From Chiloscyllium plagiosum (lineage: Eukaryota): 64,000 nt of DNA. Both the position numbers and the translations under genes were made by a program. Under the pieces are notes generated by a model. That model saw nothing but the letters and a program-made list of their open reading frames with translations. It did no database searches and had not been told where the DNA came from. Location: assembly GCF_004010195.1 (NCBI RefSeq), contig NC_057753.1, positions 5,636,367 through 5,700,366 on the forward strand, in the 5' to 3' direction. Positions 37,626 through 52,379 of the stretch are shown here, piece after piece; positions within the stretch are counted from its first letter, which is position 1; every line of letters begins with the position of its first letter.

Positions 37626-38532
37626 ATTCAAAAGACTTAAACTCAATCACTTTTCACAGTTCAACGAATTTGTTCAAACTCCTTGGTATTTGCAGAACAT
37701 AATTGTCATTCTTTTAACATATCATTTAATGTTGTTGTGGGTCATGCTTTTCTCCAATTTTTGCTGAATTGGAACTTTGGGAAGCATATTACCAGACTAC
37801 ATCTCTCATCAGGCACTCTCTACAGTTGTTTGTACAGAACTCCCTGTGCATTAATTTGTAATAACCCTTTGCTCAAAACAGACCCTGTTACATTGGACTC
37901 CCTCCTTCTCAAAGCTACCATTGTTCTTAGTTTACGGCCTCGTTCTAATGCTGTCCCAGGCAAGCTAATTACGTTATTGCAGCCATTTGTATGGCCATGG
38001 GTGGTCATTTTGTGCCCTTCTGACCATAGCTTGCCCCAACAATGATTGAACTGATCCTATGAAGATTTGCAGCTATTGCCAATCTCTTCTTTTCTCGCTA
38101 TAGCATTATTCGTATCAAAACAATAATAGTGCTCCCTTGAATGTGTCAAACTTCTGTCACACCCGTTGCTGACTTCATGTTAAAATGTTGCAGAGAACAA
38201 TGTGTCATTTAAAAGATACAAGAAGTGGGGTTTTTTTTCGTCCGTCCGCTTATGTCCCCCACAACGGGAAGTCATGATGATCTTGTGCCTGTAGTCTAAT
38301 GAAAGATCTCCAAACAGTTTCTAGGGACATTATATAACCCGCTATAACAGTGTGACACTGAGAAAAGTTTTGGAAGGATGAGGAAAATCTCAGACAGAGA
38401 GAGTTTGGGCTTCAGGAACTGTCCAAAAGGAGCCAAGTGTAGGTTCATCTTCCAGTGAAACAGCAATGATTGTTGGCACAGATTGAAGAGTTATTTCTGT
38501 TCCACACTGCAACACATTGCTTGGAGGACTTA

Positions 38533-38846
38533 CTTAGATTAGATTACTTACTTACAGTGTGGAAACAGGCCCTTCAGCCCAACAAGTCCACACCGACCCG
38601 CCGAAGCGCAACCCACCCATTCCCCTACATTTACCCCTTACCTAACACTACGGGTAATTTAGCATGGCCAATTTACCTGACCTGCACATTTTTGGAGTGT
38701 GGGTGGAAACCGGAGCACCCGGAGGAAACCCACGCAGACATGGGGAGAACGTGCAAACTCCACACAGTCAGTCGCCTGAGTCGGGAATTGAACCCGGGTC
38801 TCTGGCGCTGTGAGGCAGCAGTGCTAACCACTGTGCCACCCCGTGC
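38533..38846 (-). mobile_element. HE1 SINE, full length, young
   Basis: ttagattagattac tail; intact A/B boxes. Confidence 0.93.
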
Positions 38847-39261
38847 CGCTCACAGACTTGTCTTTTGTGAAAATGGCTGGAATGCACAAATCAAATATCA
38901 AAAGCAGCGATAATAGGACAAGTTGCACAAAGTCAGAGCAGGTTACCTGACGGTCCAGTCGTTTGGACTCAGCGCTTCCATCGCTATGGCTTGGTTGTTC
39001 AGGGAATGACGACTTATTGTTTTGTTATGAATTAAGAATAAAACTCTTGCTGGTTTGTGGAGAATGCAAAACAGATCTGGCGGAATCAGCGAGAGTTGAA
39101 GCTTCACACCAAAGCTGCAAATGTCAGCTGAGCAATAGGCCTTGTACAAACAAGAGTGGCAGGAAAAGAGCGAAGAGAAGGGCTGTGACAGGTTGGAAAG
39201 CGCTGACTATCGAGGTAGTGGTGGAGGGTGAAATATGGGTGAAATGTTAAGCTGTCTCCAG

Positions 39262-39405
39262 AGTTAAAAATCACACAACACCAGGTTACAGTCCAACAGC
39301 TTTACTTGGAAGCACGACCTTCCAAACCTGCTGGACTGTAACCTGGTGTTGAGCGATTTTTAAACTTTGCCCACCCTCGTCCAACACCGGCTCTTTCACA
39401 TCATG
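39262..39405. mobile_element. Short fold-back Penelope-derived element (hammerhead deleted)
   Basis: ttaaaaatcacacaacaccaggttacagtcca ... tggactgtaacctggtgttgagcgatttttaa inverted arms. Confidence 0.8.
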
Positions 39406-40464
39406 TCGGCAGAGCGACAGTGAAATTATTAATCAACCAGGAGCATAATTTGATTATTCGGCCCATCGAGTCCGCTCTGCTGATATGTTTCTCAACCTCA
39501 TTCTCCTGCCTTCTCCTCATAACTTGTGCTCCCCTTACTTTTTTTTAAGAACCTATCTTCCTCTGTCTTAAATGCACTCAACAACTTGGCCACCACAGCC
39601 TCCTAGTGCAAAGAGCTCCACAGACTCACTGCTCTCTGACTGAAGAAACGCCATTCCATCTCTGATCGAAAGAGTGTCCCTTCAGTTTTGAGGCTGTGCC
39701 CTCCAGTCCTCGTCTCTGTTACTGGTGAAAGCATCTTCTCCACATCCACACTATCCAGGCCGCTCTGGATTCTGCAAGTTTCAACCAGATCTCTTCCCTC
39801 ATCCTCCTAAACTCCGCTGGAGTACAGTCACAGAGTCCGTAATTGCTCCTCATGACAAGACCTTACTCCCGGGATCATTCCTGTAAACCCCCTCTGGAAC
39901 CAAAGCTGCTCACAATATTCCAAATGAGGTCTGACCAGAGCATTTTCCAGTCTCAGCAGTACCCCCCATCTCACCCTCTCAAAATTAATGTTAACACTGC
40001 ATTTCTCTTCCTAACTGCCTACTGAACCTGCAAATTAGCCTTAAAAAAACTCCTGAACTGGGACTCCAAAGTTCCTTCGGGCTTTAGATTCATAAAGCCT
40101 TTCACCAGTTAGAAATTTGAATACACATCTAACCTTCCTCCCGAAGTTCCTAACCCCACACTTGTCACATAATGTTCCATCTGCCACTTATTTCCAGACT
40201 ATTATTTGCACACTCCACTGATCTTTCTGTCATCTGCAAGCTTAGCAGCAACACCCTCAGTTCCCTTTGATCAGATTGTTAACGTATAACATTGCCCTAG
40301 CTCTGGTGCTTGCACTGACTCCTGTAAAACTTCACTAATCACCAGCTGCCATCCTGAAAATAAACACCTTTCTCATTGTCTCTGCCTTTTGCCAGCCAAT
40401 CTTCAATCATTACCAGTTCCTTGCCCCTAATACCATGTGCTCTTATATCATTTACATGCCTCAC

Positions 40465-41103
40465 CTGCAGTGTGGAGGAACAGAGGGATCTGGGTGTGCA
40501 AGTACATCGATCCCTCAAAAGTTGCCAACCAAGTGGACAGGATTGTTAAGAAAACATATGGTGTTTTGGCTTTCATTAACAGGGGGATTGAATTTAAGAG
40601 CTGCAAGGTTTTGCTACAGCTCTACAAGTCCCTGGTGAGACCACACTTGGAATATTGTGTCCGGTTCTGGCGCCCTACCAGGATGCTGCCTGGACTGGAG
40701 GGCTTGCCTTTTGAAGAAAGGTTGAAGAAGCTCAGACTTTTCTCTCTGGAGAGAAGGAGGAAGAGAGGAGTCCTGATCGAGGCATACAATGAGAAGCATG
40801 ATTAGAGTCAATAGCCAGAGACTTTTCCCCAGGGCAGGACTGACTAGTACGAGGTGTCATAGTTTGAAGATATTAGGAGAAAGGTATAGAGGAGACATCA
40901 GAGGTAGGTTCTTTACGCAGAGAGTTCTGAATGGTGGTGGTGGAAGCAGAGTCATTGGGGACATTTAAGTGACTGCTGGACATGCACATGGATAGCAGTG
41001 AGTTGAGGGCTGCGTAGGTTATTATATTTTACATTAGGATTATACCTTGGCACAATATCGTGGGCCAAAGGGCCTGTTCTGTGCTGTACTTTTCTATATT
41101 CTA
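40465..41103 (+). mobile_element. CR1 3' fragment, within an older antisense CR1 at about 39455-40440
   Basis: LYKSLVRPHLEYCVRFW; tail. Confidence 0.88.
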
Positions 41104-42329
41104 ACTCTTGAAATGCTTATTTATTTTATGTTAGTAAATTTCATTCTTCCCTGTTTTACGGAATGTTTAATTTTGAAACGGACGGAAAATGAAACCACAT
41201 GATCAGAAGAGAGTTCACAGAGTTAATATTGACCAACAATTGTTCTTCACACTGACATCAGCACGTTTGGTTCATGTCCAGTTTTTAACAGGAACAGATG
41301 TGTAGGAAATCCTGTACCACAGGAAATGAATTGGATAGTCTAAAATCAGGGGAAGTTAGGATCGCAATCAAGAGGGATGGCGTGTGGGGAACCCCAAATG
41401 GATTTGAAATCCTTTACCTATACCAATCGGCTCTCACTATAGAACACGTAGTCGTGTCAATGTTGCTCAAATAAAATTCCAGGTGACCAATCAACCTATC
41501 ATATCTGTATTGGCCCACAGTAGCAGCGACTCATCCAGTATCAGTGGCCTGCTTTCTCCTGCCCATCCTGCAGCGTTTATTTGTCTGGTTGCTGTTTTCC
41601 TCAGGATTCGAGGTGAAACTGGAGTTGAGGTTATGAATCTGCGACAAGGCTTACCAACTGCAACACTCACTCACTCTGTGGAGAGCCGCTGCATGTGTCT
41701 TTCTTGCTGATTGCCTCCTAGGCAATCCTATCTGTTTTTTTTCTGAATTTGCCTTTTTGCCAAGGGTATGTTAATGGGAGATTACTATATTGGAAGTTAA
41801 TTAGTGGCATTGGTGTTACAATCACACCCACCATGATCACTGTGAATGACGGAGCAGTGTCGAGAGGCTAATTGGTCTCCTCCAGCTCCTGATTTATATG
41901 TTGCTATGTATGTGGACAGGTCTCTGACCATTACGGCAGAATGATGGGAGAGCGAGACAGCGAGATACATACAAAGATAAACAAGAGGGTGAAATCTCCA
42001 AACCCACATTTTTCATCAAAAAGCCAGTGTTTATGTACTCCATCATTTCCATACTCCCTCCAAATCCCATCACTGTCTTGACCTGAGTGTGATCGAGAGG
42101 GGTGTGCAACTATTTCCTCTATTTAAGTACTGGGAAGACTGAGATCACCGTCAAGTCACTGCTAAACATCCATTCCCCTGTTACCAACTCCATTCCTCCC
42201 CCTTGTAAATGTCTTTGGCCGAATCAGACTTGTCCCTGACCATGGTGAAAGATTTAATTGCAAGGTGAGCTTCCAACTACTCATTCCTATCACCACCCAG
42301 GCAGCTGATTTCCATCTCAGTAACATCGT

Positions 42330-44745
42330 TGCCATATTGTTAAGGGTTTGGATGGAGAGCATTTTAGTATGTACAAGAAAATTTTCTTATTCAATGTATG
42401 AATTTACACATTACAGAAAGAGCAAACCTCGACCCTTCCTTGGGAAATAAGTCAGGTTACGTGATGGAGGTGTCAGTGGGGGAGCACTTTGGGGCCAATG
42501 ATCATCGCTCTTTTAGTTTTAAAATAGTGAAAGAAAAGGACAGACCTGATATAAAAATTGAAGTTCTAAATCTGAAGGAAGGCCAATTCTGACAGAATTA
42601 GGCAAGAACTTACAAAAGTTGATTGGAGGTGGATATTCACAGGGGTAAAGGGATGGCTGGGAAGAGAGAGGCCTTCCAAAAACGAGATAATGGCGCCAGA
42701 GGCAGTATGTTCTTGAGAGAGTGGGAAGGGCAAGGCTGGTATGTGCAGGGAATGCTGGATGACTAGAGACATTGAGGCTCTGGTCAAGAAGAAGAACACA
42801 TGTCAGGTATGGAAAGCTGAGATGGAGTGAATCTGTAGAAGAGTGTAAGGGCAGTAGGAGTATACCCAAGAGGAAAATCAGTAAGGCAAAAAGGCGACAT
42901 GAGATAGCTTTGGCAAATAGGGTGAAGGAGAATCCAAAAGGACTCTACAAATACACTAAGGACAAAAGAATAACTAGGGAGAGAATAGGGTCCCTAAAAG
43001 ATTAACATGGCTGCCTACATACAGAACTGCAGGAGATGTGAGAGATACAAAACAAGAATTTCGCATCAACGTTTACTGTGGAGAAGGATAGGGAAGCCAG
43101 AAAACTTGGAGAAGTAAATAATGATATTTTGGGAAAAAAAAGTATCCATATTACAGAGATGGTGGTGCTGGATGTCTGAAACACAAAGATGGATAAATCC
43201 CCAGGACCTGATCAGATGTACCCCAAAACTCTGTGGGAAGCTAGGGAAGTGATTGCTGGGCTCCTTGCTGAGATATTTGTATTATCGATAGCCACAGGTG
43301 AGGTGCCAGAAGACTGGAACATGGCTAACATAGTGCTATTATTTTGGAAAAGTGGTAAGAAAAAGCCAGGGAAATATAGACTGGTCAGTCGGACGTCAGC
43401 TTTTGGAGGGGGCTCTGAGGAACAGGATTTTCATGGTTTTTTTTGGAAAAGCAAGGTCTAATTAAGGATAGTCAACATGGCTTTGTGCATGGGAAATTAT
43501 GACTCACAAACTTGATTGAGTTTTTTTGAAGAAGTGCCAAAGAAGATTGATGAAGACAGAGTGATGGACTTCAGCAAGGCATTAGACAAGGTTCTGCATA
43601 GTAGATTTGTTAGCAAGGTTAGATCACAAAGAATATAGGGGAAGGTAGCCATTTGGGTACAAAATTGGTTTGAAGGTAAGAGACAGAGGGCGGTGGTGGA
43701 GGTAGAGGATTGCTTTTCAGACTCGAGGCCTGTGACCAGTGGTGTGCTGCAAGGGTCAGTACTGGGTCCCCTACTTTCTCTCATTTATTTGAATGATTTG
43801 GGTGTGAACATAGGAAGTATGGTCACTAAGTTTGCAGATGACACCAAGAATTGGTAGTGTAATTTCCAGCGAAGAAGGTCACCAGAGAGTACAATGGGAT
43901 CATGGTCAGATGGGCAAATGGGCTGAGGAATGGCAGATGGAGTTTAATTTAGATAAATGTGAGGAGATACATTTTGGTGAGGCAAATCAGGGCAGGATTT
44001 ATATTTAAACGGTAAGGTCCTGGACAGTGGTGCTGAACCAAAAGGTCTCAGGGTGCAGATTTATAGTCCCTTGGAAGTGAAGTCGCAGTTAGATAGGATA
44101 GTGAAGAAGGTGCTTGGTACACTTGCCTTTATTGGTCAGAGCATTGAGTATACTAGCTGGGAGGTCATGTTGCAGCTGTGCAGGACATTGGTTACACCAC
44201 TTTTGGAAGACTGCATTTAATTCTGGTCTCCCTGCTATAGGAAAGATGTGAACCTTGAAATGTTTCAGTAAAGATTGACAAGGATGCTGCCAGGGTTGGA
44301 AGGTTTGAGCAACAGGGAGAGGCTGAATAGGCTGGGGCTGTTTTTTCCTGGAGCATCAGAGGCTGAGGGGTAACCTTATAGAGGTTTACAAAGTTATGAG
44401 GAGCGTGGATAGGGTGAGTATCAAACCCTTTTCCTGGGGCGGGGAGAGTCCAAAACTAGAGGCAATAAGTTTAAGGTGAGAAGTGAAAGATTTAAAAGTT
44501 ACTTAAGGGGCAATTTTATCACGCAGAGGGTAGTGAGTGTATGGAATGATCTGCCAGACGGAACGGTGAAATGTGTGCAGAATTATAACAGTTGCAAGGC
44601 ATCTGGATGGCTCCATGAATAGGAAGGGTTTACAGGGATATTGGCCACATGCTGGCAAATGGGACCAGATTAATTTTGGATATCTGGTTGGCATGGACAA
44701 TTTGAGTCAAAGACTCTGTTTCTGTGCTATGCACCTCTATGGCTC
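42330..44745 (+). mobile_element. CR1 LINE ORF2 remnant, about 2.4 kb
   Basis: MDKSPGPD, EVPEDW, DFSKA and KFADDTK motifs plus 3' tail. Confidence 0.9.
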
Positions 44746-44786
44746 TATCACCCAACTTCACCCTTGTCTTAGCTCATCTGCTGCTA

Positions 44787-44953
44787 GGAGGAGAAAGTGA
44801 GGACTGCAGATGCTGGAGATCTGAGCTGAAAATGTGTTGCTGGAAAAGTGCAGCAGGTCAGGCAGCAAAGGGCTTATGCCCGAAACGTCGATTCTCCTGT
44901 TCCCTGGATGCTGCCTGACCTGCTGCGCTTTTCCAGCAACACATTTTCAGCTC
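44787..44953. mobile_element. Fold-back Penelope-derived element with 16-bp TSD
   Basis: 45-bp arms at 44823-44867 and 44909-44953; half hammerhead gggcttatgcccgaaacgtc in the loop; agctcatctgctgcta repeated at 44771-44786 and 44949-44964. Confidence 0.85.
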
Positions 44954-46057
44954 ATCTGCTGCTACTTAATTCGTTGCCACAGAAGGCCATGGAGTCCAAG
45001 TCAGAGGGAATAGTTAAGACAGAGATAAATAGGTTCTTGATTGTCAAAGGGATCAGAAGGTTACAGGGAGAAAGCGGGAGAACGGGGGTTGAGAAGCTTA
45101 TGATTGAATGATGGAGCAGCTTGGAAGGGCCTAGTTTCTGCTCCGATGTCTGATGGAAGCTCTCATCCGGTCCTTGTTATCTCCAGAATGAACTATCCCA
45201 ACGCACTCCAGGCCAGCCTCTCACATTAAACCTCCCTGCAACGATGAAGTCATCCCGAGGTCGGCTGCCTTTGTGCTTCCTTGCACCACATCTTGTTCAC
45301 ACATCGCCCTTGAGCTCAACGATCAGCAACGGTGGGCTGCTTAAGGACCACCATTTTCACAGCTCTTCCCCATTTTCTTTCCTGACTGTTGTGATGCTGT
45401 ATAATGCAAAACAGCCAATAATTGCTCAGGGATCGAAAGATAAATACTCTCTTTCTGGAATAAACCGAATCCCGAGATGAAAGGTTAAACGAATTAAAAT
45501 GAACATGCCGATTAGTCATCCCCAGAAAGGAGGACATATCGCAAAATAAACATGCTGGCTTCCTGGAAGAGAGGAGGTAACACTGTTTGATAACTGCCCA
45601 TTTGTCACAAAACCGGTTCAGATTTCCTGCAGAAAGGATGTCCTGATGTAAAAGGAGTTAACTGCAGTAAAGCTATGCTTTGCAGACAGTTAATACCGAA
45701 AGTTACACCTCAACAGGGAAGCTATTTCTGCAAGGAAGCTACTTTCAATAAGCTACAGAAGTGATAACTCCGGAACTGTGAAAAGGTTGTGGATGAACGA
45801 ATGGAAAGGATTACCAATAATACCACAGCAGAAAACCCAATTAGAATTCACCTACAGGACTCTTCACCAGCAGAGCTTTAGAGAACAACATAGCATAAGG
45901 ATCACACCCTGGACATCCAGAGACAGGTGCTATTGGTTGCAATTGTGGCTAAATTACACTATTAATTGGGTGATAACTAATTTGAACTGTGAAGCTTAAA
46001 ATTCTGACATGAGGGGTCTTATTTTGGTTGCTACATGCAACAAAGCTGAAATAGTTG

Positions 46058-46312
46058 CTTAGCACTGCTGCCTCACAGTACCAGGGTCCCAAGTGCGATT
46101 CCAGCCTTGGGTGACTGTCTGTGTGGAGTTTGCACATTCTCCCCGTGTCTGCATGGGTTTCCTCCCACAGTCACAAAGATGTGCAGGTTAGGGTGAATTG
46201 GCTGTGCTAAATTGCCCATAGTGTTAAGTGCGTTAGTCAGAGGGAAATGGGTCTGGGTGGATTACTCTTCAGAGGGTTGGTGTGGACTGGTTGGGCCGAA
46301 GGGAATCTAATC
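46058..46312 (+). mobile_element. HE1 SINE
   Basis: V-domain and tail. Confidence 0.88.
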
Positions 46313-48549
46313 TTAAAAACAATTTAACTGTCTGACATATTTCTTACTAAATAGCCAAATTACAGGTAGTTTGTGGCCATATACACACACACAACACTGT
46401 GATCTTCTCTATCTCTAATCACGTCTGGACGCACAGCTTTTGGCAACTCTTCCTTGAAGTATTGGAGACTGTGGCCATGAATTTGTTCACAGCCAGATTG
46501 GATAAATTGTTGGTAGACAAGGGCCTGAAGGGCCACAGTGGCAGACAGGAATCTGGGATTGAGAGCAAAACCTGGTCAGTCATGATCTCACTGAATGTGG
46601 AACAGGCTTAAACAGCCGAATGGCCTAATCTTGCGTCAGAAATTTCCACGTTCCTATCCTACACTTCATCGAATTCCAGAGTCTTGAACATTCCTTGTTT
46701 ATTTACTCATCTATCTGTGGCTATTCTTTCTGAAATTTCTCCACCTTAAGATATTCCTTAAAACCACCTGCTTCACCAAGCTTTCAGTCAGTTACCCCAG
46801 TATCTGCTCACTTGTCTTGGTGTCAAATATTGTTTTTATAACATGCCTGTGAAATGACCTGCAGTGTTTCATGCTATTGATAGTTCACCACAATCGCAAG
46901 TTAGCGTCACTAACCTGGACAACGTTCCTTTATCATCTCCGAGAGGTTAACCTGTAACTTTCAGCTAACGGCATTGAGAGAGTACCTTCAGCACGTGGAC
47001 TGCAGCAGTTTAAGAAGGGTTACCAATGCTGAAAACAAACACTTTCTATCAGAGCTTTTCATCTTGCACTCGTCAGGACATTCACAAAAATAAAACCAAC
47101 AGAAAGGGAAGCAACGTTTCATACTGTTTGAGAAAAGAATGCTGATTGATTGATCAATCCATTGCTATGCAGAAAGCACCAAGGAGGGAATATCTGAGTT
47201 AATTATTCATAATCCTCAAGCTTAAACCAGAAAGGTTGGCTCTAACTGATCAAGGCATTATGCTCAGTACTGAAACTGTGTGTGCGTGCGCGTGCATGTA
47301 TTAGTGTCGCTCGGGCCTTGTATGATTGGGTCAGTTACACGATTAATGTGGGACTTATCAAGATATGAAACATTATTTTTCTGGATCCATGTACACGAAT
47401 CACAAAAAGTTGACGTGACGGCAACAAAATATTCGAAGGACACTTGAGAGTGTGGCTGAAGCCGGGCTGGCTGGGTTAAAAACTGGCACAACTTGCCTAT
47501 GTATTCTTTCTGACCACACAGAACAGGCTCTGTGCATTAATCCATGGAGCTTCCAGTACAGTCAAATGTGTGCCACACTGTGAACCTGACTATCATAAAT
47601 TGGTTGTCAGTGAAATACTGAGCATACTCAGAATGTTTAGTCAATGCTGTCCAACCACAGAAAGACATCTAACTTTGGAAACTGCATTTTGGATTTTGAA
47701 AGCACAGGCCAGTCAGCTATGGTCAGTGCCTTGTCTTTTGCAAACAGCTGAAGGGATATCTTGTTTGAAGTGATCCATCTGCACTGAGCAGGGGGGATGT
47801 TTGTCCTTCAGACATGGTGCAGAATTTGATGGTCAATACTTGGTCAGAGGTGGAAGAGAAAATGACTGTAGCACAGAAAAATAAATTTATGCCTTTGAAA
47901 CATACCACAGGAAGAGAAGGCTGCTCAGGAAATGGCAGCAGGAGAAACCAGATTTAGAAACAGGCAACAGAAGTAACATTAACATGTAAATCTTACCTAA
48001 AATACACTCATTACAACATTCAGAGTCAGTTAGACAATGGCAGAGAAGTGATCAAGGAGAATAAAGTAGATTCAGAACTACATGGAAGGACCAGAGCCAT
48101 GGAACATTTCACAGATTAAAAAAAATGACAATCTCAAAAATCTAGATGAATAATCAAATATACTCACCTATGTAACAACTTTCGTCTTCAATTTTAAAAC
48201 TCCCTGCTGCAGTTAGGAAGTTATCAGAAACACACATCCAGGAAAAACTTCAGCTGAGGAAATACTTGGGGAGTGGGTGATGTCACCTTGAATGTTCTGT
48301 GGAAGAAGTTTACAACATTGATTACCGCGAGCCAGGGGGAAACAAACATTCAAAAGAGACATCTATTTCTCTTGGCTGGAGTCTGTGCGTAAACCCATGC
48401 TTCCAACCCCCTGGGATTGGAGTTTCAAAGACTCTCTCTAAAAATCCAGGATGGAAATCCACATCATTTCCTCATCCTCACCCTGGGTGACCACAGTGAG
48501 TGATACTCATTGCCTTTCATCACGGTCAGCAGTCCTGCCGTTTGAGGAT

Positions 48550-49180
48550 AGGGCGTTTGGTATGCTTTCCTTTAATCGGTCAGAGTATTGAGTACAGGAG
48601 TTGGGAGGTCATGTTGCAGCTGTACAGGACACTGGTTAGGCCACTGTTGGAATATTGCGTGCAATTCTGGTCTCCCTCCTATAAGAAAGATGTTGTGAAA
48701 TTTGAAAGGGTTCAGAAAAGATTTACAAGGATGTTACCAGGGTTGGAGGATTTCAGCTATAAGGAGAGGCTGAACAGGCTGGCGCTGTTTTGCCTGCAGC
48801 GTCGAAGGCTGAGGTTTATAAGGCCATGAGGGGCATGGATAGGATAAATTGACAAAGTCTTTGCCGTAGGGTGGGGGGAGTCCAGAACTAGAGGGCATAG
48901 GTTTGGGGTGAGAGGGGAAAGATATAAAAGAGACCTAAGGGGCAACCTTTTCACACAGAGGGTGGTACGTGTATGGGAATGAGCTGCCAGAGGAAGTGGC
49001 GGAGGTTGGTGCAATTGCAACATTTAAGAGGCATTTGGATGGGTATATGAATAGGAAGGGTTTGGAGGGATATGGGCCGGGTGCTGGCAGGTGGGACTAG
49101 ATTGGGTTGGGATATCTGGTCGGCATGGACGGGTTGGACCGAAGGGTCTGTTTCCATGCTGTACATCTCTGCGACTCTAA
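48550..49180 (+). mobile_element. CR1 3' fragment
   Basis: LVRPLLEYCVQFWSP...RVQKRFTRMLPG. Confidence 0.9.
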
Positions 49181-49609
49181 GTTGAGAGCGTTTTTGCCCC
49201 AGACATTTGGACACAAAGACGAGAACGTTCCTGATGACGTATGTAGTGGGAAAGAGAGAACAGGATTTGCTTCCTTGTCTTTCCGGCTGCACATTGTCCC
49301 TCATCAATTTGAGGATGGTGTCTACTCAGGGTTGTGAGGTACGCCCTCGGTCTGTGTGTGACTGAACAGAGCTGGGGAGCTTTGGACAAATAGGACACAG
49401 CACACCGTGAGGTAGTGGGCTGCTGACAGCAGTGTTTGCTTCCGTTTCTGTCCCGCTGTGCCTTAGTAAGATATTGGCTGTGAAAGGCAAACGCAGCTTG
49501 TGTCCATTCTGAACAATGGACAGCAGGTTCCTCCCAGTCATTGCAAACGTTGACATCCCACCCCCTCTCCAACCACACATGTGCCCTGATGCCAATCCTC
49601 CTAAGGATA

Positions 49610-50290
49610 CAGAAATGCAGATGCTAGAGATCTGAAACACAAACAGAAATTAGAGAAACGCAGCAGATGGGTGAGAGGAAAGCAGAGCTAACATTTCAGT
49701 CCAGTGATGCTTCATAAAGACCGGTCAGTAGCTCAGAAAAGGTGGTATTTATGCCGAAGCCAAAGTGCAGAGTTGGGAGAGGAGGGTGGTGAGTGAATAA
49801 GTGGAGACAGAGCCCATAAACAGAGACATATGAAAGGATAGATAAATGAGGAGATTACGGATAGCAGGTCAGGATATTAGAATAGCTGAATAAATGATAA
49901 TAAGAGCTAAGAGTGAGAAAGTGGGTTAATTGGTGTTGAATGCGACTCGCGCTAGGTGACAATATGCCTCAGAGCACATGGGAACGGGTGGCAGCATTAA
50001 AACTAAACTGCGTCGTAACAGAACGGGGTGTGGAGTTGATTAAAATAAACACGGAAAGATGGAATCAGGTTCTAAAGTTATTGAAATCATGCTCAACGCT
50101 GTACTGTCCCCAAGCAGAAAACGTGATGCTGCTCTTCGGGCTTGGTTGGAAGCTTGCTGGATCACTTCAGTAGCTTGCAGGTGAACTGCCAATTTAACAT
50201 AACATCGTGTCCCGACACTAACCTTTCTGTCGTCGGCCTGCTACAGTGCCCCAGCGGGCCTCAGCACAGGCTCAAAGAACAACACCTCCC
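49610..50290. mobile_element. Old Neptune-type Penelope fragment with inverted arm
   Basis: gcagatgctagagatctgaaac terminus; RLKEQHL peptide. Confidence 0.55.
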
Positions 50291-51559
50291 TCTTCTCCAA
50301 TCCTTCCTCAACTCCTTCTCAAGTAAATCGGGTTCAGGAGGAGCTCCTGAACACCCTCCCCTCATTTTGTGAATCAGACCGCCCTGGTCTGGATCCTGTT
50401 TGACATGAACCTACCTCGATCAGTCCCCCAGGAACTGGCCTTTCCCGTTCCATAACTTTGAGCAGTTTTGTTGGTGCACGGGCTGGAGTGGAACTTGTCC
50501 CTTGGAGTGTGTCGACACTCATGGTACATTCGGCTGAATCTACAAACTGGTTTGCAGCACTTCCATCAGAGCGGAGGCAGTTTTCACTCAGAAACCAGAG
50601 AACAGGGATTGGATGAAAAGCGGCAGGGTAAAGACTCGATCTGAGCACTGAGAAGACACCACGTAAACTCACAATACTGATGCGAGGAGTCTCCCTTTCT
50701 ACCATCTAAGCTGACTATGCAGTGATGATACAGCCATATCTCTTACCACCGTGAAATCACTTTGGAAATCTGGTGGAGAAGGGAATTGTCCTCTGGAATC
50801 CCAAGGCTCTGAAGTTTTCCACTCAAATCAACAATAACATGAGCTCAGAAACTTCAGTTTTTTTGGTTGGGGGGGGGTGGGGTGGGGTGAATGAGAAGAG
50901 GGGAGAAGAGTTATGGCAGCAGCATTCAATGCAGTTGGGTTGCTTTTAACACAGTCACCTATTCCAACTTACTCCCGCGTGATTATTCAACTGAACCCTC
51001 AGTTTATCAGTAGCCCCCCTCAACTACAACCCCCAAACACCTGACACCCCTGGGCTTACATATTCACCCCACCCCCCCCACCCCCTCCACTGATAGGGCC
51101 CCTGACCCACAACACCGACACCTCCCAAACCCCTGATCTGGCCCAGTTACACTCAACAAAGCTCCCCTGCCAACATCACCACCTGGATCTTCCTCATGAC
51201 CCTGCCATACCCACAAGGCCATCTTCTCGCTTTCCACCCTTTCTGCGCTACTCTTTTTGCTTAAGAAGCACACGCAACATGGTTTGACCCGTGCGGGGGC
51301 GGGGGCAACATTCTGCTTCTTACACCATGAAATTGCCACCGAGCTAATTTGTGAAAAGGCTCTCCAGACTTGAGAAAGAGAGAGCTTCACACAGACGTAT
51401 GAATCAATTCATGGCCAGCAGCAGACATCAGTACTGAACCGTTCCAAATGCTGAATCAAACCAGTTTATTTTTAACATGATCAACAGCTAAATCTAATCA
51501 CTACAGTCCTTGTAAACTCACTGGCATTTTAGCAGCTTGCTAGCTAAGTAAGTCCTTTC

Positions 51560-52379
51560 TCATACGCGGTACAGGTGAATGGCTATTTCCCCCCCACCGT
51601 GTACTCGCTGGTGTCTCAGCAAGTTATAAGACTCAGTGAATCCTAATCCACACTCCAAGCAGATGAACGATCTCTCCCCAGTGTGAATGCGCTGGTGTCT
51701 CAACAAATTGGATGATTGAGTGAATCCCTTCCCACACTCAGAGCAGGTGAACAGTCTCTCCCCTCTGTGAACTTGATGGTGCCTGAGCAGATGGGATAGC
51801 TGCGTGAATCCCTTCCCACAACCGAAGCAGATGAATGGTCTCTCTCCAATGTGAGCCCGCCGATGTCTCAGTAGCGTGATCGACTGAGTGAATCTCTTTT
51901 CACACATGGAGCAGTTAAATGGCTTCTCCCCAGTGTGAACTCGTTGGTGGACGGTGAGTTGAGATGATGTTCTGAATCCAGTCCCACAGTGAGAGCACCT
52001 GAATGGCCTCTCATCTATGTGGGCACGTTGATGGGACATCAGGTCCCTGGAACTTTTATAGCACTTCCTGCAGTCATGACATTCAAAAAGGTCTCTCATC
52101 GGTGTGAACATTTTGATGATGCATCAGTTCCCGGGAACTTTTGAAAGACTTTCCACAGTCACGACATTTAAAAGGTCTCTCCCCAGTGTGAACGTGCTGG
52201 TGTCTCAGCAGGTTGGAAGTCCAAGCAAATCCCTTCCCGCACAGGGAGCAGCTGAATGGCCTGTCCCCTGTGTGGCAACCCTGATGCCTATCCAGGACAG
52301 ATGGGTCATTGAATCTCATCCCACAGTCCTCACATTGCCATAGTTTCTCTCCATTGAGAACAATGTTTCTTCCTTCCAT
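51560..52379 (-). pseudogene. C2H2 zinc-finger array (9 fingers) with a 1-bp frameshift: pseudogene or assembly error
   Basis: CxxC...HxxxH repeats with TGE[RK]PF linkers; 3 fingers in 52083-52379 and 6 in 51560-52111; extra base in the A5 run at 52085-52089; acceptor tttcacag at 52493-52500; first ATG at 52379. Confidence 0.88.

Noticed and set aside
35360..38160. Possible LTR or DNA-transposon remnants (also 24385-24975 and 26921-27120)
   Set aside because: No paired LTR, PBS/PPT or diagnostic protein motif could be confirmed by eye
38947..38981. Possible first coding exon MEALSPNDWTV with AG|GTAAC donor (minus strand)
   Set aside because: No compatible downstream exon or recognisable protein found
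50334..50705. 123-aa minus-strand ORF, and splice-like signals at about 47870-48300
   Set aside because: No recognisable domain; could be non-coding exons but unsupported without transcripts
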